This document shows, in pieces, positions 12,568 to 25,500 of a DNA stretch of 64,000 nt. Under the pieces are notes generated by a model. It saw only the letters and a list, made by a program, of their open reading frames with translations, searched no databases and was not told the DNA's origin. The first letter of the stretch is position 1. Each line of letters begins with the position of its first letter. The stretch covers positions 14,694,001 to 14,758,000 of the forward strand of contig CM022666.1 of the NCBI GenBank assembly GCA_012295275.1, given 5' to 3'. Made by a program: the position numbers and the translations under genes. The stretch comes from Chrysomallon squamiferum (lineage: Eukaryota; Animalia; Mollusca).

Positions 12568-12966
12568 TTGATTGGAAGTTTGCTTCCATTTAACCATTTT
12601 GCCAATTTATTTGATACTAACAAAAATTCTACAGTTTTATATCACTTTGATCCGAATTGCACTTATGCTACATTTATTACTATTTTTCACCATTTTGAAA
12701 ATTACTTATTTTTTGAATTGGGTTTTGACAGGAAAGTTTGTACCATTTACATGCACACAAATGGAACTCCGGTAAGGAAGAAGGTCAGATACTTTGGGGA
12801 AAGATGGTGGACTTTCAACATGATTCTAGGGACGACAGCTATGAAGGATGTATATATTCACGGACATTTAATTGATCACAGAAATGACTATAGAGAAATA
12901 GTTAAAAAAATAGAATCTGTTGCTAAAGTGAAAGAACGCGGAAAATTGTCTTTGTGTAAGCACTAA
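12568..12966 (+). CDS. Hypothetical accessory protein of the element (132 aa; true start uncertain, possibly spliced)
   Basis: Non-repetitive open frame whose stop is followed by AATAAA at 12978-12983. No recognisable domain. Confidence 0.4.
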   Translation: MIGSLLPFNHFANLFDTNKNSTVLYHFDPNCTYATFITIFHHFENYLFFELGFDRKVCTIYMHTNGTPVRKKVRYFGERWWTFNMILGTTAMKDVYIHGHLIDHRNDYREIVKKIESVAKVKERGKLSLCKH

Positions 12967-12977
12967 TACTAACATGA

Positions 12978-13019
12978 AATAAATGACATAAAACATATTA
13001 ATGTTCAGTAGTTTTTATT
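12978..13019. terminator. Convergent polyadenylation signals
   Basis: AATAAA on + at 12978-12983 and TTTATT (AATAAA on -) at 13014-13019, in the 58-bp gap between two convergent stop codons. Confidence 0.6.
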
Positions 13020-13024
13020 TACCT

Positions 13025-13726
13025 TTACATAGGAATGTGACATTTTGTTTTATATGTAGAAGTACTGAATATGTATTTTCGAGGTCTTGCTAATTCTTCA
13101 TCAGAGTCTATTTCTTCTTCCTCTACTTCTTCATTTGAGTCTGACATGTATTCTAAAGTTTCTATGACATTAAAGTTCCAGTCTCCAGCTTGTTCAAATT
13201 CAGTATCGAAATCAGAATCTTTCCACAGAAAATCATTTTCCATATTAAATCCAACTCTGTCTCTCCAAGCCTCTCTTTCTCTATGAAATAAATGAATAAC
13301 TTTCAGGTGTTTATACAAACAAATCTTCTTCAACCGTCTTTCTTTTTCTCTGTTGTCACAATTTTGAGTAAAATAATGTAAGTCCGTATGTCTCCATTCG
13401 TTAGTTCCATCAAACGGTCCTAGTGCAGTTCCACAGGGTGGCCTGTAACTAACATATGGATTAGGTGTACGGTGAGCTTCGTGGCATTCTTTTATTTGTC
13501 TTGATTTCCTTTCTTTATGTTCTTGAGATGCCGATGGCATTACTATTTTAGTCTCTACTTTATACTTTTCTTCCTGCAAATGTTGGTTTTCTTCTTGCTT
13601 GTCTTTCTTATTAGGAATCAAACCTTCGTCTTCCATATCTTAAGTTGCTCGTTTTAATATGGTACTCAACTCTTAATCCTGTAATTCTTCTTGTAAATTA
13701 GGTTTTGGAAAGTGTGCGTTTTCCAT
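13025..13726 (-). CDS. Hypothetical acidic accessory protein of the element (203 aa open; probably 233 aa originally)
   Basis: ORF 13636-13025. An in-frame upstream ATG at 13726 gives MENAHFPKPNLQEELQD*ELSTILKRAT*DMEDEG (two TAA stops). A TCAGT initiator-like motif lies on - at 13750-13754. The C-terminus is acidic (EEVEEEEIDSDEE). Confidence 0.55.
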
Positions 13727-15934
13727 GATTGTTAGTTCTGTTATGACAAACTGATTGAGTTAATTTCAGGAAATTGTGCAACATGACCACATAAAACAAC
13801 AGGGACACTTTCTCCGGAACACTTCCCCATTGCAAGCAAATACACACGTCGAGTTGTCTCCCCTAGATATATATTACCCTGATTATTCAGGTTGGGCAGA
13901 TAACTCTTGCTGTCTTAATCTTAAATGGAGTTGTTTCCCTTGACTGGTCATGAAGCCGTGTAATGACGTACGTGGTCATGTAGACATCAAGAGTCCGGAA
14001 AGGCTCTTAAATTGCCCCCAAAACCGGTCATAGACCTCTCATAATAACCCGTTAGTGTTTGTCCCCTGCACATGCTTTGTGACGTCGAGGAGTGATAGGT
14101 CGGGGTCAAAGTTTACGTCCGGGTTAGAGTTCACTTCCGGGTGAAATGGCACTTCCGCTTCTGTTTTCCTGTCGACGCCACTTCCGCTTCCGGTCGATGC
14201 GATGTCCGTGTCATCGATGAAGGATTTTTTTTTTTCAATGTAATTACAACATTCAGTCCCTACGCATTATGATCTTGTACGCGATGACGTCACAACACCT
14301 GTGCAACGGCCGTAAATGGCGGCCTTTTAATATTTCATAGCAATATCATTTGATATCATACTTGTTGTGAGTGACGAAAGATCACATAAAATTAAATAAT
14401 AACTTGGCAGGGTTGAACAATTTGACTGACATTTTAAGTGAAGTGCTGCAGGTACACACTTTTAAGAAAGTCGCAAGAATTGTTCACATTATGACACAAT
14501 GCAGTACATTCATAACTCTTAATCCGAAAATCAGTTTCCAAGAAAATAATTGCTTAGAAAATAATTCTCCGAGATTATAAATAAACAGTTATTATTCTCT
14601 GCAAACAGAATACAGAATTCGGGAACGCACTGGCACAAATTCCAATCACAAACCTCTTCAGATGCCGCTGACGAGACTCGAATGTATGGCAACCCATTCC
14701 GAAAGCGGACGATTGCCAAATAAGCGAGAGTAATCATCGCTTCCAACGAAGCACGCCGTTCTCTGTCTTTCGTCATTTTGCGAGCATCTATGTTGCAGGA
14801 TATATGTATGTATGTATGTGTGTATATATATATATATAATGTATGTGTGTATATATATATATAGTGTGTGTGTGTGGGTTTGTGTGTATGTGTGGACACG
14901 CGCACTTACGCGTGTTCTCAGATAAATACATACACACAGATAAACATACATACATATGTATCTATCTACGTATCTTCTATATATATATATGTATGTATGT
15001 ATGTATGTACTTATGTATGTTTATGTATGTATATAAATATATAAATACACATACTCATACACACAAACACACAATCCCCACACACATTATCGTTAATTCA
15101 CGTCAAAAGATGTTTCGTCTTCAAAACATACAAACATGTATGCATATTACGTACATACTTTCTTACATACACACGTACGTACTTACATCCACTTATCCAG
15201 CCATCCATACAGATATACATACATAAACACATGCATGCAGACACACACATATAGAAACAATATAAAACTACAGTTAACTCGCATAGATATCTAGGTGAAT
15301 ATCACCTCAACTGTGTCTCCAGTCCCACCTGTTGCTATTACAGGTCACCGTGACCTTCATATCTTATAAATATATCTCTGCTGTACTTTATAAATATCAT
15401 GTTCCTACCACCCCACTGTATTCGCTTTGACTTAGCTCACGTAACCTTTGCGTGTCGTGAGAATGATCTACAATCTTTTGTTTGTATTTTGACGTAGTGC
15501 ACTGCAAAATATCTCTATCTAGTATTCTGGAAATCGTGACCCATTTACTATTCAGAGTGTGAACGTTTGTTGATGTTGTTGTTTTTTACCAACATAAATA
15601 TTTACTGGATATAGAATAAAATGAATCAGCGTGAAGAAATGCAGAAACAAGCGGATACACACATGCGTAATTCATCAGTATTTCTTCATACGCGTTTCCC
15701 AAATGTCAGATTGGCCGGTAGACGGAAGAAAATCGTTTGAATAACATTTATTTATTTATTTATTTATTATTGCCGTTATTGCCGTTGTTGTTGTTGTTGT
15801 TTGTTTGTTTGTTGGATGTTTTATTTTTTAGCAAAGGCGAAATAGTTTTTTCAGTGGCAGATGTTAACGATTAACACGCCTCGCGAACCCGCTGATTTTT
15901 TATTTCTACTTTTATCTAAGTTTCCGTGCATTTT

Positions 15935-15969
<35 letters not shown>

Positions 15970-16561
15970 TAATTAATTAATTAATTAATTTATTTATTTA
16001 TTTATTTATTTTTTTTGTTATTACTACTATTATTTTGTGATATCAACGCCTTTCCATTATTTTTCAGGAACAACTTTTTTTTCTAGCGTCAAAAGTTTCT
16101 ACGACCGGATTCACACAAGAGGGACGGCTTAATTTCAGAAACTGCACGAGCTCAGATAATTTATGTTCATTCAGCGACGAGACGTAAAGATATATTTTGT
16201 TTTCCGTTTTATTGGAAAGAAACTAAACAGCTGCCCTCAGCGATTTAGACAAGAATGAAAGTGTTTCGTTTCAAATGGTGGACATCTGCGACACGTTCTT
16301 CGGCTATTGATTATGTTTTACGACTTGTTGCGTGAAGGGAGCCAACATTTCATAAACACTTTATCAATGACAGACACACAACCAGTTTCGCTTCAACGAT
16401 GGTTACTTCGGATTGAAGGAAAATAGTCATTAATAGCTGAGATTGCAAGTAAGTTTTTAGTAAACTTTTTTCCTTCTAATTAAGATTTTTAATTAAAAAC
16501 TAGAGGAAACACTGATAATAGAAGAAAGGTTCATAATAAAACACGAGAAAAAGTGAGGGAG

Positions 16562-16861
<300 letters not shown>

Positions 16862-17485
16862 ACTTCCTGCTAATAACAAAACATTTCACTATATTTCAAT
16901 TGTCTATAATCGGCTATTTTATATAAATGACATTTAAGTGTTAAAACTATTCAGTGTCAATCTACCAAATTGTACGTGTGTATTTAACGTGTATTTACTT
17001 CCACAGTTTCAAACTGACATCAAGATAAGCTTTACAAACAGCGACAAGTTGTAGACTGGGTCACACGACAGTGTTCCGCTGTGTCCTCAGTTTAACTTAA
17101 TCCTCCACAATTAACGACGTATTCTTATACAGTTCTTCTTCAACCTTTGACCCGAAATTAGTGTTGGTACCCTGGACTAAACTACCGAGTTCGTTGTAAG
17201 TAGGCCAAAGCCAGATTCTTTGCTCGAGAAAAATGAGAGAGTGCTGAACCGAGAGCTGACTTTGCTAAGAAGGTTATATTTGCTTTGTACATCTTGTGTA
17301 TTCTGTATCTGACGCATACGTTTACAGCTGGAAATGAGGTATGCTATTCTCTCCGCGTCTGTTTAGTAACGTAGTAACCGTAATAGTTTTTTTTTTTTTA
17401 CTTCACTGCTATTGATATGTTGTTGCTTTTAACCCTACGAGTTAATTAATTTCATATGTATGTGTAAAGCTGGTATGACAAAGGC

Positions 17486-17516
<31 letters not shown>

Positions 17517-18256
17517 TTTGTATTATATCCGACCAAAATAGAAATGCTTCAGTGATCTGCGGTATATGTCGATCTCGATTACTGTACTAGTGTTATATAT
17601 ATACATACATACGTGCCTGTCTCTGTGTATTTGGGTGTCTGTGTTTCAGCGCAACACCACCGCCAACAGAAGTAGTTCGTTATCAGCGTCATTCTTCTTA
17701 GATCAGACGTCGTAATTAACTTGGCAGAGACTCGCTGCAATTCGACCTTTCCGACCTTAGTAGAATAAATCTGATACGTTACGACAGCTAATAGTTATTC
17801 CATACATATATGTATATACGTTCGTATCTATGCATCTAGGTATGCGCATGTGTGTGTGTGTATGTATGTATATATATATGTTAAGACAGCTAATAGTTAT
17901 TCCATACATATATGTATGTACATTCGTATATATGCATCTATGTATGCGCATGTGTGTGTGTGTGTGTGTGTATATATACATATGTTTGTATGTATGTATG
18001 TGTACATCAATATATATATATAAGTATATGTGTGTGTGTGTACGTATATGTATATGTATATTTGTATGCATATATATATATATATGTGTGTGTATTTATG
18101 TATATATGTATGCGTATACTTATGTATGTATGCTAGAGGCAAATTTGAGCCCCTTTTCTTCCACCCCCGGAGTGATAATCCCCACCCTTGCTACAACCCT
18201 ACGTAATTACACATGCATATAAAAGATATTTCTTATTTCTTATTCAGATAACCAGT

Positions 18257-20325
18257 ATGAAGAACTCTCTGTCTAACAAACAGGCGTGGCTGGTAGTGAT
18301 GGCGTCATTTTTCACTCTCTTTTCTAACCCGGCTATCAATTACGCCGTTGGGGTGCTCCATATGGGTTTGGTGGAAACATATCCCGAAGACAAACACATT
18401 CTTGTTTGGCAAAGTTCTCTGTTCAGCTGTATGTTTGCGCTGGCGGGTAAGTTTAAATGCAGACGTGTTTTATTGCCATGGGCTATAATTTTAAACCTTT
18501 AAATAGAGAATCAATGACATAGATAAATAATTAAAAAATATATATATATATATATAAATAAGCAAAACAAATAAATAGATAAATATATACATAGATAATA
18601 CATACGTACATGCATGCATACATACATACATATATAGATCAATAGATTAAGTAAATACGGTAAATATAAATAAATAAATAAATAAATCTTCTTATTTCAC
18701 CAACGACATATTTCTGAAATAAAAAATTAAATAATAAAATAATCGTAATAATTTGTGTTATTCTTTCTCTTTTCTTCATCTTATTTTGTTTATTACTACT
18801 ACTACTACGAGAACAATGATTACTGTTAATTTATTTATTTATGTACTTATACATTTATTTATTTGTTTATTTACACGCAGGTCCTATAAGTAGCCTCGTT
18901 ATTAACATCTTCGACTGTCGGACGTGCGTCATAATGTCTGGAATTCTGGGAATGCTTGGATTTCTAAGCAGCCATTTTGTCCATAGTGTTACGTGGTTAT
19001 TTCTAACATATTCAGTTATGGTTGGTACGTATTTTTAATATGAACACGTCTCCACATATATATAAAAACATAAACAGTCAAACACTTTCTGTGTCTGTCT
19101 GTCTGTCTTTATGTATGTTTGTATCTATGCATGTATGAGTGTGTGTGTGTGTGTCTTTCTTTTTCTCTGTCTGTCTGTGTGTCTGTCTGACTGTTAATTT
19201 ATCTGTACATATCTGTATTTCTTTATTAAACTTATTTATTGTCTTTTATTTATTTTCTTGTTGTTCTGTAGTTCTTTCTGTTCATGTACTTCTTTTCTTC
19301 TGTGTTTCTGAAATGATTTAATGTTTTAAAATTACATTATGTTATATTATATTATATTATATTACATTACATTACATTACATTATATTATATTATATTAT
19401 ATTATATTACATTACATTATATAACGTTATGTTATGTTCTATTATATTATATTATATTATATTACATTACATTATATAACGTTATGTTTACATTATGTTT
19501 TACTATGTTATGTTGCTATGCTGTTTATTTGTTTACTTCAAGGTTTATCTGAATCACTCTCTAACACGGCGGCTGTTGTGGTTCTGGGGTTTTACTTCAA
19601 GGAGAACACGGCGCTGGCTACTGGGATCGCCTCAACCGGGTCCGCGCTCGGAATGTTTGTTTATCCCAGTCTAACCAACGAACTAATAAATATGTTCGGA
19701 CTACACGGAGCTTTCCTCATTCTCGCAGGCATTCCTTTTCAGTGCTGTGTATTCGGTTTGCTGATGCGTCCGAGTAAATTCGAACGTTTTCGAAAGAGAA
19801 AAAGACAGAGTTTTGTTCTTGCGCTTTGTGGTGGGGAAATATCGCAGTTTGGTTCCATATTAACCGACATATCGTTTCTATTTTTTCTGACCAGCATGTT
19901 AACATTTTCCATGGGTTTATCTTCCATTTACCTCTATCTTCCGGACTATTTCGTTTTGAGCGGAGCAACACGCCAAGTCGCTTCCTTCAGCGTTTCCGTG
20001 TCCGGCATAGGCTCAGTAATATCGAGATTTTTGTCGGGATTTGCAGCCAGTGAGCCACGGATCGGAAGTTTCTTGTTGCTTTCTGGACTGGCAGCAATGA
20101 ACGGATTTCTCGTCCTCTTTATAAGTTTTTTCAGCACGACGACCACTGGTCAGCTAATATACGGGTTTCTGCTTGGACTGTACTCTGGAGGAATCTGGGT
20201 GCTGTGCGGACCCGTGGCCATCAGCATTCTGGGCGTGGACAAGATGTCAAATGGGTATGGACTGGTGATGTTGTCAACAGGAATAGGATATCTGCTGGGT
20301 CCACCCATAGCAGGTGTTGTATTGT

Positions 20326-20411
<86 letters not shown>

Positions 20412-21574
20412 AACAATAATAATAATAATAATAATAAATAATAATAATAATAATAATAAGAAGAAAACGCAAATGAAACGAACACACACAAACAATCACA
20501 CACATAGAGAAATAAAAAATAAAAATGAAGAAAGAAAACAGCATAAAAGAACGTAGATTGAATTCCTGACATTCCATGCGTTTTTACAGAGATATAGTAT
20601 TTGATTTATTAACCAATTATGACAATAGAATAATACTAAACTTGTCAACCTGGGGACGTTGGTAGAACAAACCAAAGCAAACTGGTGCGCAGTGACGTCA
20701 CGACTGCAGAAAAATGGCAGCGAATATATGTACTCTTTAGTGGTTATACTTCGTTATTAATTAAAACTTGATGGAAAAAAAATGCAACAACATATGGACT
20801 ATTTGGCTATTTTTTCCTATACCGAAAACAAATAAAAAAATAATGAATAAATGAATAAATAAAATAAAATAAAATAAAATAATAATAAAATACATTTGAA
20901 AATGCAATAGTTAAAAACAAGATGCTTTGACTTTGTCTCATACGTGGTCTCGCCTCAGTTCACCTTTTCCCTGTTCCATCTGAAGGCACACGATTATTTG
21001 CGTAAAATCTTCATTATAACATATAAATCGCTTATTAATCCAGTGAGATGAACAAACAATAGATATAGGCCATCTCTTAATTTATATATTTTAGGTTTCG
21101 CTTTGAAAAGCAGTGACCAGTATATTACAGTATTTGTTTTCTCCGGTTAGTAAACTAGCATGTTATTCATCATCATCATCATCATTATCATCATCATCAT
21201 CTTTGTGGTTATGTCAATATTTTACTTCGTCGTCTTCTTCATCATCATCTTATTACTGTTATTATTGTTTTTTTTATTCTTGTAGTTTTTATTTATTTAT
21301 TTATTTATTTATTTACGTTTCAGCTATCATGTGTTTGTTGTCCAGTGTCTGCTGTTTTCTGAGTTACCGTGGTCACAGACATTCTGAACCACAGAGAGAA
21401 AAAATCACTGTCATTGACGTTGTTGCAGACTCCAGCACCACCGACGTTGACTCTTTTCAAAACAACAAAACGTATTTAAATGAACATGACATAACACAAG
21501 GAACTGTAGAAGAAGGCAAAACGTTAATTTCGGAAACTTGTGACATCACAGGAGATAAAAACAGTACAAGCTGA
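18257..21574 (+). CDS. SLC16 / monocarboxylate transporter family MFS protein, 5 coding exons, 468 aa
   Basis: Exons 18257-18446, 18881-19024, 19543-20313, 21095-21145 and 21324-21574; all introns GT-AG and phase 1; 1407 nt with no internal stop. MCT hallmarks: 'AWLVVMASF', 'AGPISSLVINIFDCR', 'YFKENTALATGIASTGSALG', 'CCVFGLLMRP', 'GIGYLLGPPIAG'. Confidence 0.92.
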
Positions 21575-21633
21575 CGCAGAGACTGTTGTGACGTTTCCAC
21601 ATATTTGTGACATCATATTATTCCGATTGTTAT

Positions 21634-21732
<99 letters not shown>

Positions 21733-21932
21733 CGCTCTCTTTTTATGATTATATCTATCTATCTATCTATCCATCCATCCATCCATTCATCTACTATATA
21801 TTTATATTTGTGAATTTCTTAACATCATCATAAAAACAGAATTCATAGTAACTTACTTCTCTTTATCTTAGCAATATTGTTTTCGTTACCTGTTTTTATT
21901 TTATTATTGTTTATTGTTATTTTTTTCTTTGT

Positions 21933-21965
<33 letters not shown>

Positions 21966-22165
21966 TATTTTGTATATATTTGCCTAAAGATGAAATGACC
22001 TCACTTATCGCATTCTGTTATAATTCCATCAACCCACATCTTGCGCGTTAATTAATAAAAACCGTCTAATATATGTTTGTTTTTTTTCTGTTGGAGGAGG
22101 GGAAAGAAACAAAAGAGAAAAAAAACCCTGATTTTTAAGGATTTGATTTGATTGTTTGTTTGTCG

Positions 22166-22196
<31 letters not shown>

Positions 22197-23119
22197 CATG
22201 GTAGACATATCAGAACATTCTCTAGATGTTCAGATATTCGTATATAGTAACACTTACACACAAACACTCACATACACACACATAGAGACAATGCAAAGTG
22301 ACTAAGTTAATGTGGTAATACGTTAATCTTGGCTTAGGTTTGTACGTATTAGACATCTATTGTTAACAAGCTATTATCAGCTAAAAAGTGTGTTTGTTGT
22401 TTCTTTCTATGACGAGTTGTTATGTACTCTCTGATACGATACGCTATGAATTTATTCTTATTTTACGCTGCAGAAAAATGTGTTATATAATCGGTTTTCA
22501 CACAGAGTCGCTATACACACAGTTGTGGGTTTGGGGGATATGTGTTTGTATGTGTGCGTGTGTGTGTGTGTGTGTGGGTGTGGGTGTGTGCCTGTGTGTA
22601 TCTGTTCCTGTGTATGGATGAAAGGATGGTGTACATATATGTGGCTATTTATTTACTTAAAACTAAACGATCAAAACAATGTAATCGAATTACATATAAC
22701 AACAAAAAAGAAAATAATAATAAGAAACTATAAACTATAAAAAAGAGCAAACTTAAATGAATCAATAATAATAATAATAATAATAGTTGCACATGCAACA
22801 GTAATTGTTTCTATGGGGAATTGCTTAACGACGGAATGATAGCTTTTGAATATTTCTATTTCAAGTCAGTAAAGTGGAATGTAAAAGAAATTAAAATCAT
22901 CAAGTGAGGTAACTCGTCTGCATAACAGAGAAATCTCTCCAGAAAGAGAGTACTATACCTTTAAGACGACTTATTAAGTCTAGCAAGATGGATGTTAAAA
23001 AAAAATGTAAAGAAAATTTAGAAAAGATAGAATAATAGGTGACTGTTTCAGAGAATATATATATAAAATAAATGACATATTTTCAGGGATAAATCATAAT
23101 TTATTATTATAAATATTCG

Positions 23120-23175
<56 letters not shown>

Positions 23176-24367
23176 GACAGACAGAAAATAAATAAAGTAA
23201 CAACAGGAATAAAAATTTACTTGTGAAAATTGTCCCGTTTTACAAAAACATTGTTTTTCTCAGAAAATATTTGCATTAGAATTAAATTTTAATGATAAAA
23301 TAATTTTTATAATTTCACTTATGTGAAATAAAAATAGTAAAGAACATCATATCTGTTATTTGTCATATCAAAATAACAGTTGTATTTTTATCAAAATATT
23401 GTTTTAATCCTACACTTAATTAAAATGCACTGATAGAGAGTTAGTAATGACTTTAGAAATTAATACCCGAAAAAAAAGAAAAAAAATCCATAAAATTAGT
23501 TCTAACTACTATCGTCTATAATCGTGTTTATAATTCATATTTTTTCAGTTTTTAAATATTTACCTAATTAATGTCAGAAAACGGAAGGAAATACACAAAA
23601 ATGAAATAGCAGAGCGTATACAGACGTCCATGGGCTGTTTAGAACCTGTATTCTATAATTAGGGGAAGTTCCGTTATTTTATAAATTAAGAAACACTGGG
23701 AATAACAAACTAAAAATTGGCATTTAAGTTGCAAACTAAATTCAGAAAGGCTGTGGTGTTTACTGAACGATGTCTGTACGTATTCGACGATCGTTTTAAA
23801 CGAGATCTTTGCGCATTCTTGCGACACGTTGTCTGAATTCCGTCTGTGCAAGACAAAGGACCACTCAGGCAATGGTGATTATGATTTAAACGTTTTTCTT
23901 GTATGTAACATACATGCTGACTGATTGAAAATAGCTAAATATATTATTGTTGGATAGTTTATTGTGTTATTCTGTAGTACGTACCTACGCTCAAAAACTA
24001 AGATAACGTATGTTAATAACTAAAAGATTAGTTAGAAAGTTAAAGTAACCAATTGGTCGTAATTAGTTTAGTATTATCTATCAGCGCTATTTGCTTTTAT
24101 ATTGCATCGTTCGAATCGTACAATTAATTATATGTTACCAATTAATTATATGTAATTTATATGAAAATATATATATATGCACATACATACATACATATAT
24201 ATAACAATTATCCATATTGAGTTCTTTTTTGCGTTATTGTTCTCTAGTGGATACAGAATAGTCTCAGATAATTAACAACTGTCTCGTGACGATATTATAG
24301 TTTGTTACCCTTTAGACGGGACGAGACAAATTTTGAGTATTAATACCAATCAGACTAGACACCGTGA

Positions 24368-24416
<49 letters not shown>

Positions 24417-24479
24417 GATTATTATTACTGGGTGGTGTTTTTAGGGGGGTTGTTTGTATATGGTCTTATTTTTTATTAT

Positions 24480-25206
24480 TATTTAATTTAAGAAACTGCC
24501 GAGGCTAAAGTTATAATTACTCAAAATTAAGTTGTAATTTTCCTTTCGCTTACTTAATCTTTTTTCTTATTTTTCTCCTTGTGTTAAATCAAATACATTC
24601 GCCTATAATCAGTCATTCCCACGGTATCAATAAATGTGTTGACAATGTCAGACACAATAAATTTATCTGTAAATGGAATGAATATACGACCACAACATAC
24701 AACATCTACACTGAGGAACACAATACAAGCTGTACAGGGTCGTATTTTCTATTTAACGTTTGACAAATGATAAACGTTTTCTATTCAGTCAACAACAAAC
24801 AAACAAAACAATCAAAAAAAGAAGTGTCGTTTTGTGTCACTGAAATTTGTTCAGTATGTTGAGCTGTTTCGACAATAGGCAAGACATGAAAACCAGTTTG
24901 TCGGAGGTAGTTGCTATGTACGGTTGTCATAAAGAGAACGTGCACATAATCTGGTCTCATAGGAGGTCTTCAGTTCCTTTTATAACTGTATTATTTTTAC
25001 TGCAACAAATTAAATAATATGTAAAAGAATAAAAACTTAGTATTTAACGAATTTGATTTATATTAAAATACCCCGTATCACATTTGAAGAGAGATCAATG
25101 TTGTTAAAATGAATGTGATTAATTATTTTAAAATACAGTTACATCAAAAAACAGTATATCTAAAAAGTAATAATGATGATGATAATAATAATAATAATAA
25201 TAATAA

Positions 25207-25237
<31 letters not shown>

Positions 25238-25412
25238 AATATTAAAATATATATACATATAAAAATATATATATTTTATTGTAAAGACAAATTCAACATG
25301 TAGAACAGAAAACAGGTAATTCTGATGTGAGTGTAGACCATTCAGTCTGTTTGTGGATCTCACTCTTTTTCTCTTTGTCTGTATAGATAGAGAAATACGG
25401 CAAATTAGCTAA

Positions 25413-25500
<88 letters not shown>

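Larger units (their letters stand above)
10300..14331 (+). mobile_element. Degenerate parvovirus-NS1-like / rolling-circle (HUH) element, ~4 kb, no recognisable capsid
   Basis: Microsatellite-free, coding-dense island starting right after a (CA)n tract. It has a HUH motif RHMHII, convergent ORFs with adjacent opposite-strand poly(A) signals, and a CpG-rich right end with CACTTCCG x3, TGACGT x3 and a terminal GC hairpin. Boundaries are approximate. Confidence 0.6.

Noticed and set aside
10300-14331. Classification as canonical Helitron, Polinton or complete densovirus
   Set aside because: No PIF1 helicase, pPolB, integrase, PLA2/VP or long terminal repeats are recognisable.
20640-20970. CpG-containing patch with GTGACGTCAC and AAAATGGC in MCT intron 3
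   Set aside because: Probably a MITE remnant, but I could not find TIRs or a TSD to support a call.
24903-24926. let-7-like sequence GAGGTAGTTGCTATGTACGGTT
   Set aside because: Several central mismatches to let-7, no canonical let-7 star arm, and the seed is not conserved in the two paralogous copies.
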